From Schmidtea polychroa (lineage: Eukaryota): a stretch of 64,000 nucleotides of DNA. The DNA lies in contig CM097886.1 of assembly GCA_044892525.1 (NCBI GenBank), positions 103,354,001-103,418,000 on the forward strand, given 5' to 3'. A program made the position numbers and the translations under genes. A model generated the notes under the pieces. The model saw only the letters and a list, made by a program, of their open reading frames with translations, did no database searches and had not been told where the DNA came from. Below, piece after piece: positions 1 through 12,400 of the stretch (positions within the stretch are counted from its first letter, which is position 1; each line of letters opens with the position of its first letter).

Positions 1-1870
1 GGCCTATACGTTAATCGTATATTTGGCTGTTCACACTACTGATTTGAGGAACCGTCGTATACAAATTGCTCATTCAGAAAACAAAATTCCTTTAGTATTC
101 ACGCATCTGACCGCACATTTAGCGTGCCTATCTGTGAGGACAATCTGATCACCATCAGCACGAGTACCAACGGTACCTAAACGCCATCCCAAACGGGTCT
201 CGCCACATATACTAATAATGATTAAAATATGAAAATTAATGGAATTATAAAGATTTCAATACTCAATCATCGAAAACTCTGGTTTCATCCTAAATTGTCT
301 CACTTCGGAAACAAACTGTTCTTTTCTCGGTCGAAAACGTCATGAGTGAATTACACTCCCAATATTTAATAATATCAGCCAATTATCTCGCGAAATAAAT
401 TCTCCTGAACATTGCCATGCCTGGCTTGCTGCGAATCACTTCTGGCTTCCCTATCTGAATCGGCGTCCTAACTGTAGAGATTCTTCTCTCTCGCTCGCTT
501 TCGCCTAATCCTCAATTCTTCCTCTTCTTCCCTGGCAAACTCGTCGTGCTCTGAACCGTTGTCCTGTACTAACGTTGATTCGATAGACCTCGATAAATTT
601 ATGCAGAAATCTAATCACTCCCATTCCTAACAAAAATCTTTATCTCTATGTCTCCCATCTCAGGAGAGTGATAAATCGCTTATTGGGCTCTAAGGCGAAG
701 TTATAATATCCATCCATCGACTCCTAATATACTCCAATCATTTCTTCTACTCATATCTCCAATGCAAATATCATTCATAAATCCCGCGAAGGATATATTC
801 AAATCATTTTTCATCTAAATGGCACTATTGAATTAAAGATTCATAGTTAATTGATTTATTTTCCTAAATTCAAATAAATTATATGAGAAAAGGAAACGGT
901 TACAACAAATTTTTAATATTTTAACCTGTATTATAATATTACATATTAAAACTAAATATACATAAGATCAATATAAAACTAAAATTTACATTTTTTCATG
1001 TTCATGTTCGTCGAATATAAGGCTTTTAAGTGAATTACCGCGCTACGATTCAAAAGTTGACGCTAAATGTTTCGAGATTTGCAAAACGGATTTGTCCCTT
1101 ATTCTAAATCAAAATTTTAACAATTGAAGAAATCAGTCAAGTTGCTTTCTTATATACGAATTTTCATGCAATCAGGATCCAGCTATTGTGTAAAATTGTA
1201 TTTTTTAAATTTTTTATTCTTTTTAATACTTTTCTTAATGTTGTTTATTTATTTTATTTTGTAATTAATTTAATGATTAAATTTACCTATTTTCCTTCCA
1301 TTGTTGGCTCCTGTTGGTCGTTCTGTTTCTGATTTTATCCTTTGTTCTCTTTTTTTTCCTGATTGGTGTTGTACCCGGTAATTTAGCGGCTTTTGACATT
1401 CGATTAGAAACAGGAACACTTTCATTAAAATAGGTTATTGAATCCGCAAACTTTTCTTGCCTATCACACAAAAATAATGATGATTTCTTCAATGCAATTT
1501 TCCCAATTTTATTCATGGCTTAATTAAACGTAAATAATAAATTGAATTAATCCACTACAAGTTTTATTTTAAATTCCAAAATTTTTAATTTGAAATACAA
1601 AAATTTACAGCTTTATATTAATCATTATTTGTTTTATAATTACCCCTTTAATCTTGGTTTTTTAGATTCTATTTCTTCTTAATTATTTTATTCTGGTTAT
1701 TATTTATAGTTATGCGTTTTCTTTGCTTATTAGTTACAACCGTGTGTTTTACTTGTTCAAATGTTTGTTGGTATATATTATATTTTTTAATTATTTTATT
1801 TATCTTTTTTATTTTATTTGTTATTTCTTTTTTTAAATTGTTATTTATTCTCTTTTATTTAACTGATTTC

Positions 1871-1966
1871 TGTAATTGCGTAATTAAATTTGTTTTAATA
1901 TGCAGATTTTGTGATAGAAATAGAATTTAAAAAACGTTGTGATTTCCTTGTGTCAATAAAACTTCA
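1871..1966 (+). repeat. 5' LTR of element 1 (about 96 bp)
   Basis: TGTAATTGCG...AATAAAACTTCA; matches 5448-5543 with about 3 differences; AATAAA near its end. Confidence 0.85.
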
Positions 1967-1984
1967 AGCTATCGCGGCAATATC

Positions 1985-2677
1985 ATGGACAAGGTGATAC
2001 CTATTTTCAATGGAGAAGGTGACGTTCAACAGTGGATTCAGAAAGTCAAGCTAGTGGCAAAAATTCAAAGAATCGTGGAGTTGGAATCAATAATTCCTTT
2101 ATATCTAGATGGACCAGCTTTTGCAGTGTATCAGCATTTGAGCACAGAAGACAAAGGCAACGCATTGAAGATCGAACATGCCTTAATCGATGTCTATTCG
2201 ATCGATATGTTCCAAGCCTATGACCGATTCCGTGAACGAAGGTGGTGCAATGAGCCAGTAGATGTCTATTTGAATGATCTCAAAAACTTAGCATCTCTGG
2301 CCAAGATAGATAACGAAATCATAATTAAAAGCGCATTCATAATGGGTTTGCCAGCAGTGTCATCACAACAGTTACGATCCAATGCCAATATTCAGCAGAT
2401 GTCTCTTGTTGAGGTCTTGAAACAGTCTCGTGTCTTAGTAAACTGTGACAATATGGAACTGTGTTCAGCTGTCGTGGGAAAACAAGACAAGAAAAAGAAA
2501 TGCTCGTATTGCGGAAAGAATGGCCATCTAGAAGAACGTTGTTTCAAGAAACAAGGAAAAAACTGTTGGCTATGTGCAGAAGAGGGCCATATTGCAAAGG
2601 AGTGTACCAGGAATTCAGAGTCGGAAAATGCCAAAGGAGTAGTGCGTGCGCCAGCGTCTACTCTAGCACGAATATAA
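1985..2677 (+). CDS. Gag of element 1 (230 aa, intact ORF)
   Basis: IPIFNGEGDVQQW capsid-like start; CSYCGKNGHLEERC and CWLCAEEGHIAKEC zinc knuckles. Confidence 0.9.
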   Translation: MDKVIPIFNGEGDVQQWIQKVKLVAKIQRIVELESIIPLYLDGPAFAVYQHLSTEDKGNALKIEHALIDVYSIDMFQAYDRFRERRWCNEPVDVYLNDLKNLASLAKIDNEIIIKSAFIMGLPAVSSQQLRSNANIQQMSLVEVLKQSRVLVNCDNMELCSAVVGKQDKKKKCSYCGKNGHLEERCFKKQGKNCWLCAEEGHIAKECTRNSESENAKGVVRAPASTLARI

Positions 2678-5460
2678 TGACTGTGCAGTTTATTTCAGTC
2701 ATAATCAATGGGGAGTCCGTGAAAGCATTGATCGACTCGGGATGTTCCAAATCAGATGTTTCAGCCAGAAGAAAAAATTTATACGGAATGGGAGTATCAT
2801 GACTGCGGATGGATCACTAGTCAAGTGTATGCGTGATGTGAAAGTTCAGCTGATCGTTGGTGGTAGTTTATTGAGTGTTAATTGTGTTTCGTTGATGAAA
2901 CTACCACTTAATGTTGAAATGATTTTAGGAATGGGCGTAATAGGGATGCTGGGAGGTCTTAAAATTGAGAAGACCGGTATATCTTTTCCAGGTATTACAA
3001 ACGTATCGTGCGTGGCTGAGAATCAGTTAAATGAGAATTTGCAAATTGAAGATGGTGATTTTTCGGCAGCATTCAGTTACGGCAAGTGGACGGTGAAGTG
3101 GAAATGGAAAGCAGAACCAGCTGTACTATTGAATAGAATTTCAAATTATAAAATCGATCCAGGGCTGCAGCACAAGTTTGACACGGAGGTTGAACGGTGG
3201 ATTCAAGAAGGATGGCTAATTCCAACGAAAGACGTTGTGTATGGAAAAATTCCGTTATTGGCAGTAGAGCAATCAAACAAAGGAAAAGTTCGTCCAGTAA
3301 TGGATTTTCGAGAACTAAATAAATATGTTAGTAGCCATACTGGACAAAGTGATGTATGTGGCGAATGGTTAAGGCGATGGCGAATGATGGGCGAACAGGT
3401 AATGTTAATTGATCTTAAAAATGCTTATCTTCAGATACATGTTGATGAAGACCTATGGGAGCACCAAAGGGTTAGTTACAAAGGGAACGGATACTTTCTA
3501 ACGAGACTTGGTTTTGGTTTAAATGTGGCTCCGAAAATAATGTCAACAATATTACGAAAGTACTGAGTTTAAGAGAAGATATCAGGAAAGCAACGGATAG
3601 TTATATTGATGACATTATTGTCAACCAGTCAAGAATCAACGTCAATGAAGTAATAGGCCATTTAGCAGCATACGGGCTAATTACAAAGCCACTGGAAGAG
3701 TTTGATGATGCAAGAGTGCTAGGTCTCCAGCTTCAAACAAGTATTAACGGTCGTACGTGGCATCGTGGAAACATTTTGCCACACAGTGCGTTTACAACTA
3801 TGTCAAGAAGGGAGTTATTTTCCCTCTGCGGTCAACTTGTTGGGCACTATCCCGTTGCTGGATGGTTAAGAGTAGCAAGTAGCTATATAAAACGACACAG
3901 TGCTGGAAGTAAGTGGGATGATACGATTGGAAAAATCGCGTTAAAAATGGTTAACGAAATGATGTATCGTGTGAAAGAGAGCGATCCCGTGACTGGTGAG
4001 TGGCACGTAAACAAGGACGGATCTACGATTGTATGGTGCGATGCGAGCAATCTGGCATTAGGAGTTGCGTTAGAAATATCAGGAAAAATCGTCGAAGATG
4101 CATCATGGATGAGGAAGAAAAACGATTTTGCTCATATAAACCTTGCAGAGTTAGACGCTGTGATAAAGGGAATTAACTTAGCCATCAGCTGGGAAAGAAG
4201 CAACTTAGTTGTAGTAACAGATTCCGCTACCGTCGGGAGTTGGATTGATTCAGTTTTAACGGATACTGCCAGAATCCGAACTCATTGAATTGCTGAGATG
4301 CTAGTCCGAAGACGCCTGCAGATCATTTGTGAATTACGAAAAAGCTATGACTTAACGATCTCGGTCGAGTTAGTCCCGACAGATAAAAACAGAGCAGATG
4401 CACTCACAAGAGTCAGTAATAAATGGCTGACATGGGTTAAATTGTGTGTCGAACCAACTGCAAGCACCGTTGCTGTTGTGAACCAAGTGTTACGAGAAAG
4501 TCATAGACAACACCATTTCGGTGCCAAGAAGACGTTGTATTTTGCAAAGCAACTTTGCCCGGACGTTACACTTGAGGATGTAAAGGCTATAATTAGTGAA
4601 TGTTCAGAATGTCAATCTATCGATCCGGCGCCTGTAAAATGGGAGCATGGAGAGTTAAGCGTTAAGGAGACGTGGAAGAGACTGGCTATGGATGTTACAC
4701 ACTATTTAAGTAAGCTTTATTTAACTATGATTGATTGTGGACCGGTCGTTTTGCTCTGTGGAGAGAAATAAGAGGTGAAGACGCGGAGACCATTACACGG
4801 AATCTTGAACAGATCTTTAGAGAACGAGGTTCCCCTGATGAACTGTTGATTGATAATGCGACATCATTTCGTTCGACACAAATAAAAGTACTGTGTCGCA
4901 AATGGGGTGTGAAATGTGTGTTTCGATGTGCTTATCGGCCATCAGGAAACGGCATAATAGAACGGAACCATCGTACAATTAAACGCATGACAGCAAGAAC
5001 CAACAAGGGAATATTGGAAATGGTATATTGATATAACCTTGCACCCAATGACAAGTGCGGAACGCCGCCGTCTTCATCAGTGTTTTCATATTGCTGGAAA
5101 GGAGTTGGCGCTTGTTATACAGAAGAGAAAACACAGGACACGTCGTTCCAAGTTGGCGATGCAGTTTACGTTAAACAACCAAATGCGAAGTGCACATCGA
5201 CATGGGGTGAAGGGATTGTAACGAAGGTAAATTCATCGACTAATTTTGACATCAACGGGATTCCGCGACACTATTCCGACATACGACCGGCTGTCAACGA
5301 AGCGTCAGTGGAGAACAACGACAATGATGGATTAACAGACGTAGACAATCCTATACTAAACTCACTTCGCCGAGATGAACGTAGAGGCAGGATGAAAAGA
5401 CCTCGTTATCTTGATGATTTTGAAACCAGTTTTATCGAGAACGAAGATGAAATTGCATAA
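2677..5460 (+). pseudogene. pol of element 1 (PR-RT-RH-IN), disrupted
   Basis: Split over ORFs 2461-2802, 2742-3566, 3716-4288, 4298-4771, 4735-5031 and 5080-5460 by frameshifts and stops. Confidence 0.9.
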
Positions 5461-5543
5461 TTAAATTTGTTTTAATATGCAGATTTTGTGATAGAAATAG
5501 AATTTAAAAAACGTTGTGATTTCCTTGTGTCAATAAAACTTCC
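5448..5543 (+). repeat. 3' LTR of element 1
   Basis: TGAAATTGCA...AATAAAACTTCC; preceded by purine-rich GAGAACGAAGA; the last pol ORF stops (TAA 5458-5460) inside it. Confidence 0.85.
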
Positions 5544-5640
5544 TCAGTTGATCTTAAATATAAAGTTTTTATTTTTATTACTTAGAAACAATTATACTTC
5601 GAACCTTCCCGGTTTTTAGCCCAACACTTTCTAATATATA

Positions 5641-5712
5641 TCATTCGAAAGGTACTTGGGAGGTAAGTATTATAGTCATACCCTTGAAGGTGTATGGTGT
5701 GTCCTTAACCTT
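5641..5712 (+). repeat. Dispersed repeat (TCATTCGAAAGGTACTTGG...GGTGTATGGTGTGTCCTTAACCTT); second copy at about 31398-31469
   Basis: Two similar copies seen directly; family not identified. Confidence 0.7.
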
Positions 5713-5846
5713 CAGTGTCAATTCGTATTTTCCATACAGTTAACGTAATTTTCTTAGTATATTATTCATATAATATATAGATAAAATTTAATTTTCTATA
5801 AAATGGCTTGATTAAAAATTATCTATCTAGTTTTGTGTGTAATTGC

Positions 5847-7496
5847 TAGGGCAACCTATTGCAACTTTTGACTTTTTTTGGAAATTTTTTGATTTAAAAA
5901 TTATATATTCATATATAGATTTTTAATTTTTTTTACCATGAAAAATAATTCGAACATTGGAAATTCAATAAGGAGTTTGTAATGGCCCCAAACGATCAGT
6001 TGTACTGCAATCTGTGTTCTAAAACAGTCGAACACAAAAGAAAATATACGATTGAAAAACACCGAAGAAGTCTTAAGCATTCCACCTTATTATCCCAATT
6101 AAATAGCGAAGAACCCGCTAAACAAGACTTTATAAGCGTGAAGAAGAGCGAATTTCTTGAAATATTAACAACCGCGTTAATATCAATCGACCTGCCGCTT
6201 CACAAACTACGAAATAATAGTCTCAAAAGACTCTTTAATTTCATGACCTATCCACTTCCATCTGAATCGAGTATGCGAAGATACATTATTCAAAATACAT
6301 ACCCAGTAGTTTTGAATAAATTGAAAGATTATGTCAAAAACAAAGAAATATTTCTTGTTGTGGATGAAACTTCAATCAAATACGCCATGGTATTAATAGG
6401 AACAATCGAATCTCCTAAAGTTGTTTACGCGGCCAATTTAATACACCTGAAAGCTCCGATAACCCACCAAATTGTAGTCAACATTATAAATGAAACATTT
6501 GATATTCTTGAAATTGAAAGTAAACAATTTTTGCTGTTGTCAAGCGACGATGCTAGCTACATGCGAAAAGCAGCCGATCATTTTAAAATCGTGCATCCAA
6601 ACCTTTTCTCAATTAAATGTATTGCGCACCTAATTCATAATTGTGCAATGCGGTTAAAAATTCACTACAAAGATGCTGATAATATGATTTCTGCGATTAA
6701 GTCAATAACGGCAAAAAATAAAGAAAATAAAAGAACTCTTTCTAAGGCAGGCAATATTCCAGATGTTATTGTAACACGATGGTCAAGTTGGCTTGGCGCT
6801 GCATTAATTTATTCTAAAATACTACCAGAAATAAAATACCATTTCAAGGAAATAACTCAAAAGGGAATATTGATCGAAAATGCGAAAACGGCTATTTTTA
6901 AAGAAACGATAACAAAAGAGTTGGAAGAAATATTTAATTGTTACAAGGGGTTAGTTGTATTGGCTGATGAGCTTGAAGATTCAAAACATTCAATTGAAAG
7001 TGCATTTAAAAGAATAAATGAATTCGACTTCAAAGACGACCCTTGCAATTTGAAATCTTATATTCAGGAAAGAATGTTTAAAAACGACTTAAACAACATT
7101 TTGGAGTTGTCTAACGACAAAATTTCGCCAGCAACATATTCTCAGTTAAAAAATTGCCAGCCAACGTCAATTGACGTGGAAAGGAGCTTTTCAATGCTGA
7201 AAAGAATGTTAAGAGAGGACAGGAATTATAACGGAAATAATATTCCGTATTACTTTATCTGCTATTTCAATTCAGTTGATGAATAAAAACAATTTGATCT
7301 GAAACATTAGACCAAAGAATTATCAAGAATTTTTGCTTGTTTTCATGTTTACAAAGGAATTTTACTTTAATGATTTTATATTTATATTTTGTAGTAAATA
7401 ATAAAAAATTTAATATTATTTTATAGTCAGCTTTTATTGCAACTTTTGCAACTTTTTAAGTTTGCAACTTTTTTTTGCAACTTTTGGGTTGCCCTA
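5847..7496 (+). mobile_element. Intact hAT DNA transposon, 1650 bp
   Basis: 10-bp TIR TAGGGCAACC (5847-5856 / 7487-7496); 8-bp TSD GTAATTGC / GTAATTAC; subterminal TTGCAACTTTT repeats; a single uninterrupted transposase ORF. Confidence 0.95.
5982..7286 (+). CDS. hAT transposase, 434 aa, resembling the CGGBP1-related hAT group
   Basis: BED-type YCNLC...H...H finger; VVDETS (D), SSDDASYM (D), CIAH (CxxH), TRWSSW, DVERSFS (E). Confidence 0.92.
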   Translation: MAPNDQLYCNLCSKTVEHKRKYTIEKHRRSLKHSTLLSQLNSEEPAKQDFISVKKSEFLEILTTALISIDLPLHKLRNNSLKRLFNFMTYPLPSESSMRRYIIQNTYPVVLNKLKDYVKNKEIFLVVDETSIKYAMVLIGTIESPKVVYAANLIHLKAPITHQIVVNIINETFDILEIESKQFLLLSSDDASYMRKAADHFKIVHPNLFSIKCIAHLIHNCAMRLKIHYKDADNMISAIKSITAKNKENKRTLSKAGNIPDVIVTRWSSWLGAALIYSKILPEIKYHFKEITQKGILIENAKTAIFKETITKELEEIFNCYKGLVVLADELEDSKHSIESAFKRINEFDFKDDPCNLKSYIQERMFKNDLNNILELSNDKISPATYSQLKNCQPTSIDVERSFSMLKRMLREDRNYNGNNIPYYFICYFNSVDE

Positions 7497-7499
7497 GTA

Positions 7500-8881
7500 A
7501 TTACAAATCAAAAATAAAGAAATAATAAATAATTATTAGTATAATAGATAAAGAATGATTATTGGTCGTATTTACATACGAAGGAGCTATGGCAAAGAGT
7601 GCATAACTTAAGAATAAAAACAGAAAATTTTATAAATCAAATAAAATTAAAATTGATAAAAAGATAATAAAATGAATTAAAAAATAAATAAATATAATTA
7701 TTAAATGATTCGATTGTTTAAAACAATCAATTAAATAAATTGGATAGAGGGGCAGCAAATGCGTAGGCGGATATTCACAATCAGTGTAAATAACGATTGA
7801 AAATTCATTTTTCACTAAACTAAATTCAACTTAAATGAACTTGACTTGTTAACTTGGTCTCAGTTTTCAGTTGATGTATGCGTGGTAAGTTTGTTTTATG
7901 CGTAATGTAATTTTCATGTAAATAAATTTTAATGTGTAATTTTGTTTTTTATGTTCTTTTTAATTTTATTTTCTTATGATTAACCATGAATTTCCGAGAC
8001 AGTCAAAAATATAACAGCCAACTGGCGGGTAGAGACACCTGTGGGAGCCTTGATGGTTCCTCGTTTGGGTTCCGCAGTTAGCCGAGTGAGGCATAATTAA
8101 CCATTTGGAAGACTCATTTACTTGAAGTCTAGTGGCGTACACAGATGGCCCATGTGCTATGCTACGAGATAGTTTCTGGTGGATGAGGTTCGCCAAATTA
8201 TGGTAAGATCACGGTCCTGAAGTTATAAACGGATATACCGATGCGGGCAGTGCACCTGGATGGCCGACAGGTCGTCCAGGAAGAGGAATTCCCATGTTAT
8301 AAACCTTCTAGAACATTCCCGTAATGTTCAAAATCGCGCAGTAATACGATTTTTCGAAATTAAGATAGGGAAAATCTGTCTCGTGTAGGTAGTAATTAGA
8401 TCAACATAGGTCAGCATTGGAAATATATGCAGATGCCTGCTCAAATTTTTCGAAGAGCACACTGAACAACATCAATTATTATAGAAAATCTAGGACAACA
8501 TTTAAGAACTGGCAAATAATGGCGAATCCCGGCGCAAAATTTTCAAAAGTAACATTTAATAACAGCCAGTAATGAGGACCATAACTAATCGAATAAGGAA
8601 GTACAGTTATCTAAAAAAGGATAGAAAATTAAAAGTGACGAAGACCTTCTATCAGTAGTCGAGGATCCGAAACTAAAATGTAATGAGAAGTAGTTTTAGT
8701 AGTAGAACTCGCTCTTTAGCTCATTGATTTTCAGCCACTGTGTAAATTACAAAATGGTTGTTGCCATGGGCACTCAGGTGGTTTAAAGTAAAATAATTAT
8801 GAAGGCGATTAGGAAAGAGTCGATGCCAAATCCATAAGCAACCCTAGAACATTTAAATGACATGCTCCATAAGCGCCAACA
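7500..8881 (+). repeat. Diverged partial long LTR ending ...CCAACA
   Basis: 8400-8881 is homologous to about 40590-41155 and 55020-55560; 7540-7860 is homologous to about 27240-27445. Confidence 0.6.
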
Positions 8882-9234
8882 ATTATTAAATATTCATCGC
8901 TGTGATTCTTTGAGTTTTCATTTTTTAAAAGTTAGTATCAGATATATCATTTCGACATGTTATGATGGTATATAAGACCCTTTATTGTCCGCCCAGAACA
9001 CGTTTTAGATCGTACAATAACGAGCCGTTCTGGATATAGAGCTCCTGCTTTTTGAAAATCGCCTATAATGTTCATCATCAACATGACCATCATCATGGAC
9101 ACATGGATAGAGTTTACAATAGTAGTGAGGGCTTTTACTGAAAATTTTCCCTAGAATTTATCATTTTTCCTTTTTGGACATACTCAATTTTATTTGCATT
9201 TGTTTTCCTTTTCCCGAAACGTCAACAATACTAG

Positions 9235-9391
9235 AATTAAATCCATCTTTAAATCCATCTTTAAATTTCTCAGCAAAAGTCTTGAAACCAACAATATATA
9301 TATTTGATCAAAACGATTTATAAAATAATAAGTCTTTAATTTTTCACAAAAAACCGCCACTCCCATTATTAAAACAACAAGATATCTAACT
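9235..9391 (-). repeat. 3' LTR of element 2
   Basis: Minus strand AGTTAGATATC...GATTTAATT, directly after the PPT at 9392-9402. Confidence 0.9.
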
Positions 9392-9400
9392 TTCCCCTTC

Positions 9401-12400
9401 TTAAGACTTTTTCCAATTCTTCAGCCACTCGATTCTTCTTTCTTTCGTTCCTTCTTGCGAATGTAGTTTGACTCGATGAGATGATAGAAATCTCACGATT
9501 TTATATGGGCCATCGTATTGCATAACATCTTTGTGCCTGTTCTGCGGCTCTTTACGTACGAGTACCTCCTCCCCCACCTCGAAAACACGAGTGCCCCTCT
9601 TTGTCTTATCCATATCTCTCATAGTGTCTGCGGCTTTACTCGAGTTAAATCTCGCGTCTTCGATTCTTTCGCTTCTTGATATCTCGGCTTGTTTCAGGTT
9701 AGAGTGTAGGTTGACACTCTGTCCATAAATTATCTCAAATGGTGATAAACCTGTAGCACTTTGTCGACTGCTATTTATAGTGAACTCTATTCTTAGTAGA
9801 CGTTCGTGCCAGTTTCTCTCATCACATTCACCTGCTTATGTTGCTGTAATAAGATTTCTTATCGTTCGTATGGCTCTTTCGGCTAAACCATTTGATTGGT
9901 GCTGGTAAGGTGACCTAAATTCATGTTTGATTCCAAGTTTCTGTAGCTTCTATCTTAGGAAATTCCCTTCGAAATTTCGGTCTCTATCTATTAAAATGCT
10001 CTTCGGTTTTCCAAATCGATAGATCCAACTATTAAGTATTGTTTTGAAAATGGTCCCTTCGTCTTGCTTTGTGATCGCAGTTAAAGAAATCAGTTTGCTA
10101 AAACGGTCCACCATTACTACCATATATTTTTTATGGCGTTCCATGTAAGCCACATCCATAACAGTCTGTTCTAGGAATTCAGAGCTATATCTAGCAATAA
10201 ATGTTTCCTTGGTTCTTGTCCGATCGATCTTACTCTTAGCGCAGATCTCGCAACTTCGTTAACAGAGTTGGAATGTTTCTTGCATTTTCGGCCAATAAAA
10301 TAACTTTTCCATACAATGAAATAATTTCTTAACTCCAATGTGACATAGTCCTTCATGTAGGGTTGTTGTTAACAGGCCTGCAAATGTTTCTGGGACTAAC
10401 ATTAAGATATTTTTGTTCTTTTCTATTGTTATTAATCCACCTTCAATTCGTGTATTTTTTACGTTAAAAGGAAAACAATTCTTTTTCTTCCGTGTACATC
10501 CATTTTCCAATATCTCTCGCAGCTCTCGAAAACGAATGTCCCTTTGTTGTCGTTCCCATACTTTTTCCATAGCTTCTGTTCTTTGGATAGTCTTGTCTTG
10601 TTTGACTCTTGTTTGACACTGAGTGCAAATCATACTTTTTAATCTTGATAGTCCCTCTGCATTCGAGTGTTCTTCTCCTTTCCGATATTTTAGTTCAAAA
10701 TCATATTCCAACAGGTTAGCTAACCATGTTTGGAACTGCGGACTGATTGGCGTTTTGTAGTGTTCATGAAAACCAGTGCTTTCTGGTCGGAGCGAATTAT
10801 GAATTTTTTTCCGTACAGATATTCTCTAAAATGCATGACGTATTCATGTACGGCGAGCCGTTCTTTCCTTGTTACACAGTATCCCTTTTCATGTGATGAC
10901 ATATGTCTCGAGCCATAAGCTATGACAGATTCTTCTTCATCTTCTGTGATTTGAGTCAAAACTGCACCAATGGCTCCGAAACTAGCGTCTGTGTCTAGGA
11001 TAAAAGTCTTAGCTTCTATCGGAAAATCAAGGATAGGTGCTTCGCACAACCTTCTCTTCAGAGTTCGGAAGCTCTCATTGCATTCTTTAGTCCAATTTAT
11101 ATCTTTATTGCACCCAGATATTGCATGGTATAATGGTTCGGCGATTTCGGCATAGTCTCTGATGAATCTTCTATAGTAGTTTGTTAATCCGAGAAACGAT
11201 CTCAATTGTTTTGAACATTTTGGTACTTCTACCTTTCTCGATCTCTTCCACTTTCTTCATGTTTGTCTGGATACCCTTTTCGTTAATTGTGTGACCAAGG
11301 AAACACAATTCTGTTTATTGAATTTGTATTTTTCTGGATTTATTTTCATTCCTGCCATTTGAAATCTTCTGAATATTTCCCTTAATAGCTCATCGTGGTC
11401 TTTTTGACTTTTACCATATACCAAGATATCATCTAGATAAACTACTACTCCCTTGAATAGCATTCCTTCTAGCACTGTGTGCATCAGTCTCTGGAATGTC
11501 GCAGGAGATGTTGCTAAGCCAAACTGTAGTCTATTGAAGCAAAATTGTCCTTCTCTTGTACTGAATGCAGTCATTTCTTGAATTTCTGGAATCAATTCCA
11601 CTTGATAATACGCCTGACCAAGATCGATTGACGAAAATATTTTTGCATTCGCAAGGCTGTCTAGTAAGAATTTGGTGTTAGGCATAGGAAATGACTCTTT
11701 TTCTGTTATGGAATTTAATCCACGATAATCTACACACATCCTGATAGATCCATCTTTCTTCCCTACTTTCACTAACGTGGTATTCTACTGACTCTTGCAA
11801 CAACGAATAACATTTGCTTTTATAAACTCTTTTATCAGTTTTTCAATCCTTTTCTCCATGCGCATTGCTTAACGTCAAGGATGTTGCATTATTGGGCTTC
11901 CTGTTATCCGCATCTCATGTCGAACTAAGTTTGTAAATCCCAGATCGAATTTCGATGCCATAAAAATTCCGCCGTATTCCCTGATCATTCCTTCAATATC
12001 TTTACTATTCTCACCTGCCATCGCCACTTGTGCTTTATTTATTCTTTCTTCATCAGTGTAAATTTTGTTTATCAATGACGTTTCGATATTATTGATTTTC
12101 ACTAACTTCACTCCAAACTCTTTCATTGTATCAATTCCCCCAATGAATTCGGGTTTGATCTCTTTTACCACTACTACTGTGATTGTTTTGGTCTTCTGAT
12201 TCCATATGGCTGATATAGTCATGTATCCCATTGCTTCTTCACCTCCAGTTGAAAAAACTCCGCACAATAATATCATACTACGTTGAAATTCTGGTTTGCC
12301 TATTTTCTCTCACAAATTCTTGCTCATGATTGTTATCGATGCCCAGAGTCCCATAACATCTCTGTTTCAGCATTATTCAACATTATTTTACTCCAATTTC

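Larger units (their letters stand above)
1871..5543 (+). mobile_element. Ty3/Gypsy LTR retrotransposon (element 1), LTR-bounded, pol decayed
   Basis: Near-identical direct repeats at 1871-1966 and 5448-5543. Order is gag (2 CCHC knuckles), protease LIDSG, RT (RPVMDFRELN, YIDD at about 3601), RNase H (WCDAS, AELDA, VTDS), then integrase (HxxxxH..CxxC, D..D..E). No clear TSD. Confidence 0.93.

Noticed and set aside
1-900. Possible gag relic on the minus strand
   Set aside because: Only charged, coiled-coil-like composition; no diagnostic motif
1861-5549. AACTGA/TCAGTT inverted hexamers flanking element 1 as TIRs
   Set aside because: Only 6 bp, no TSD, expected by chance
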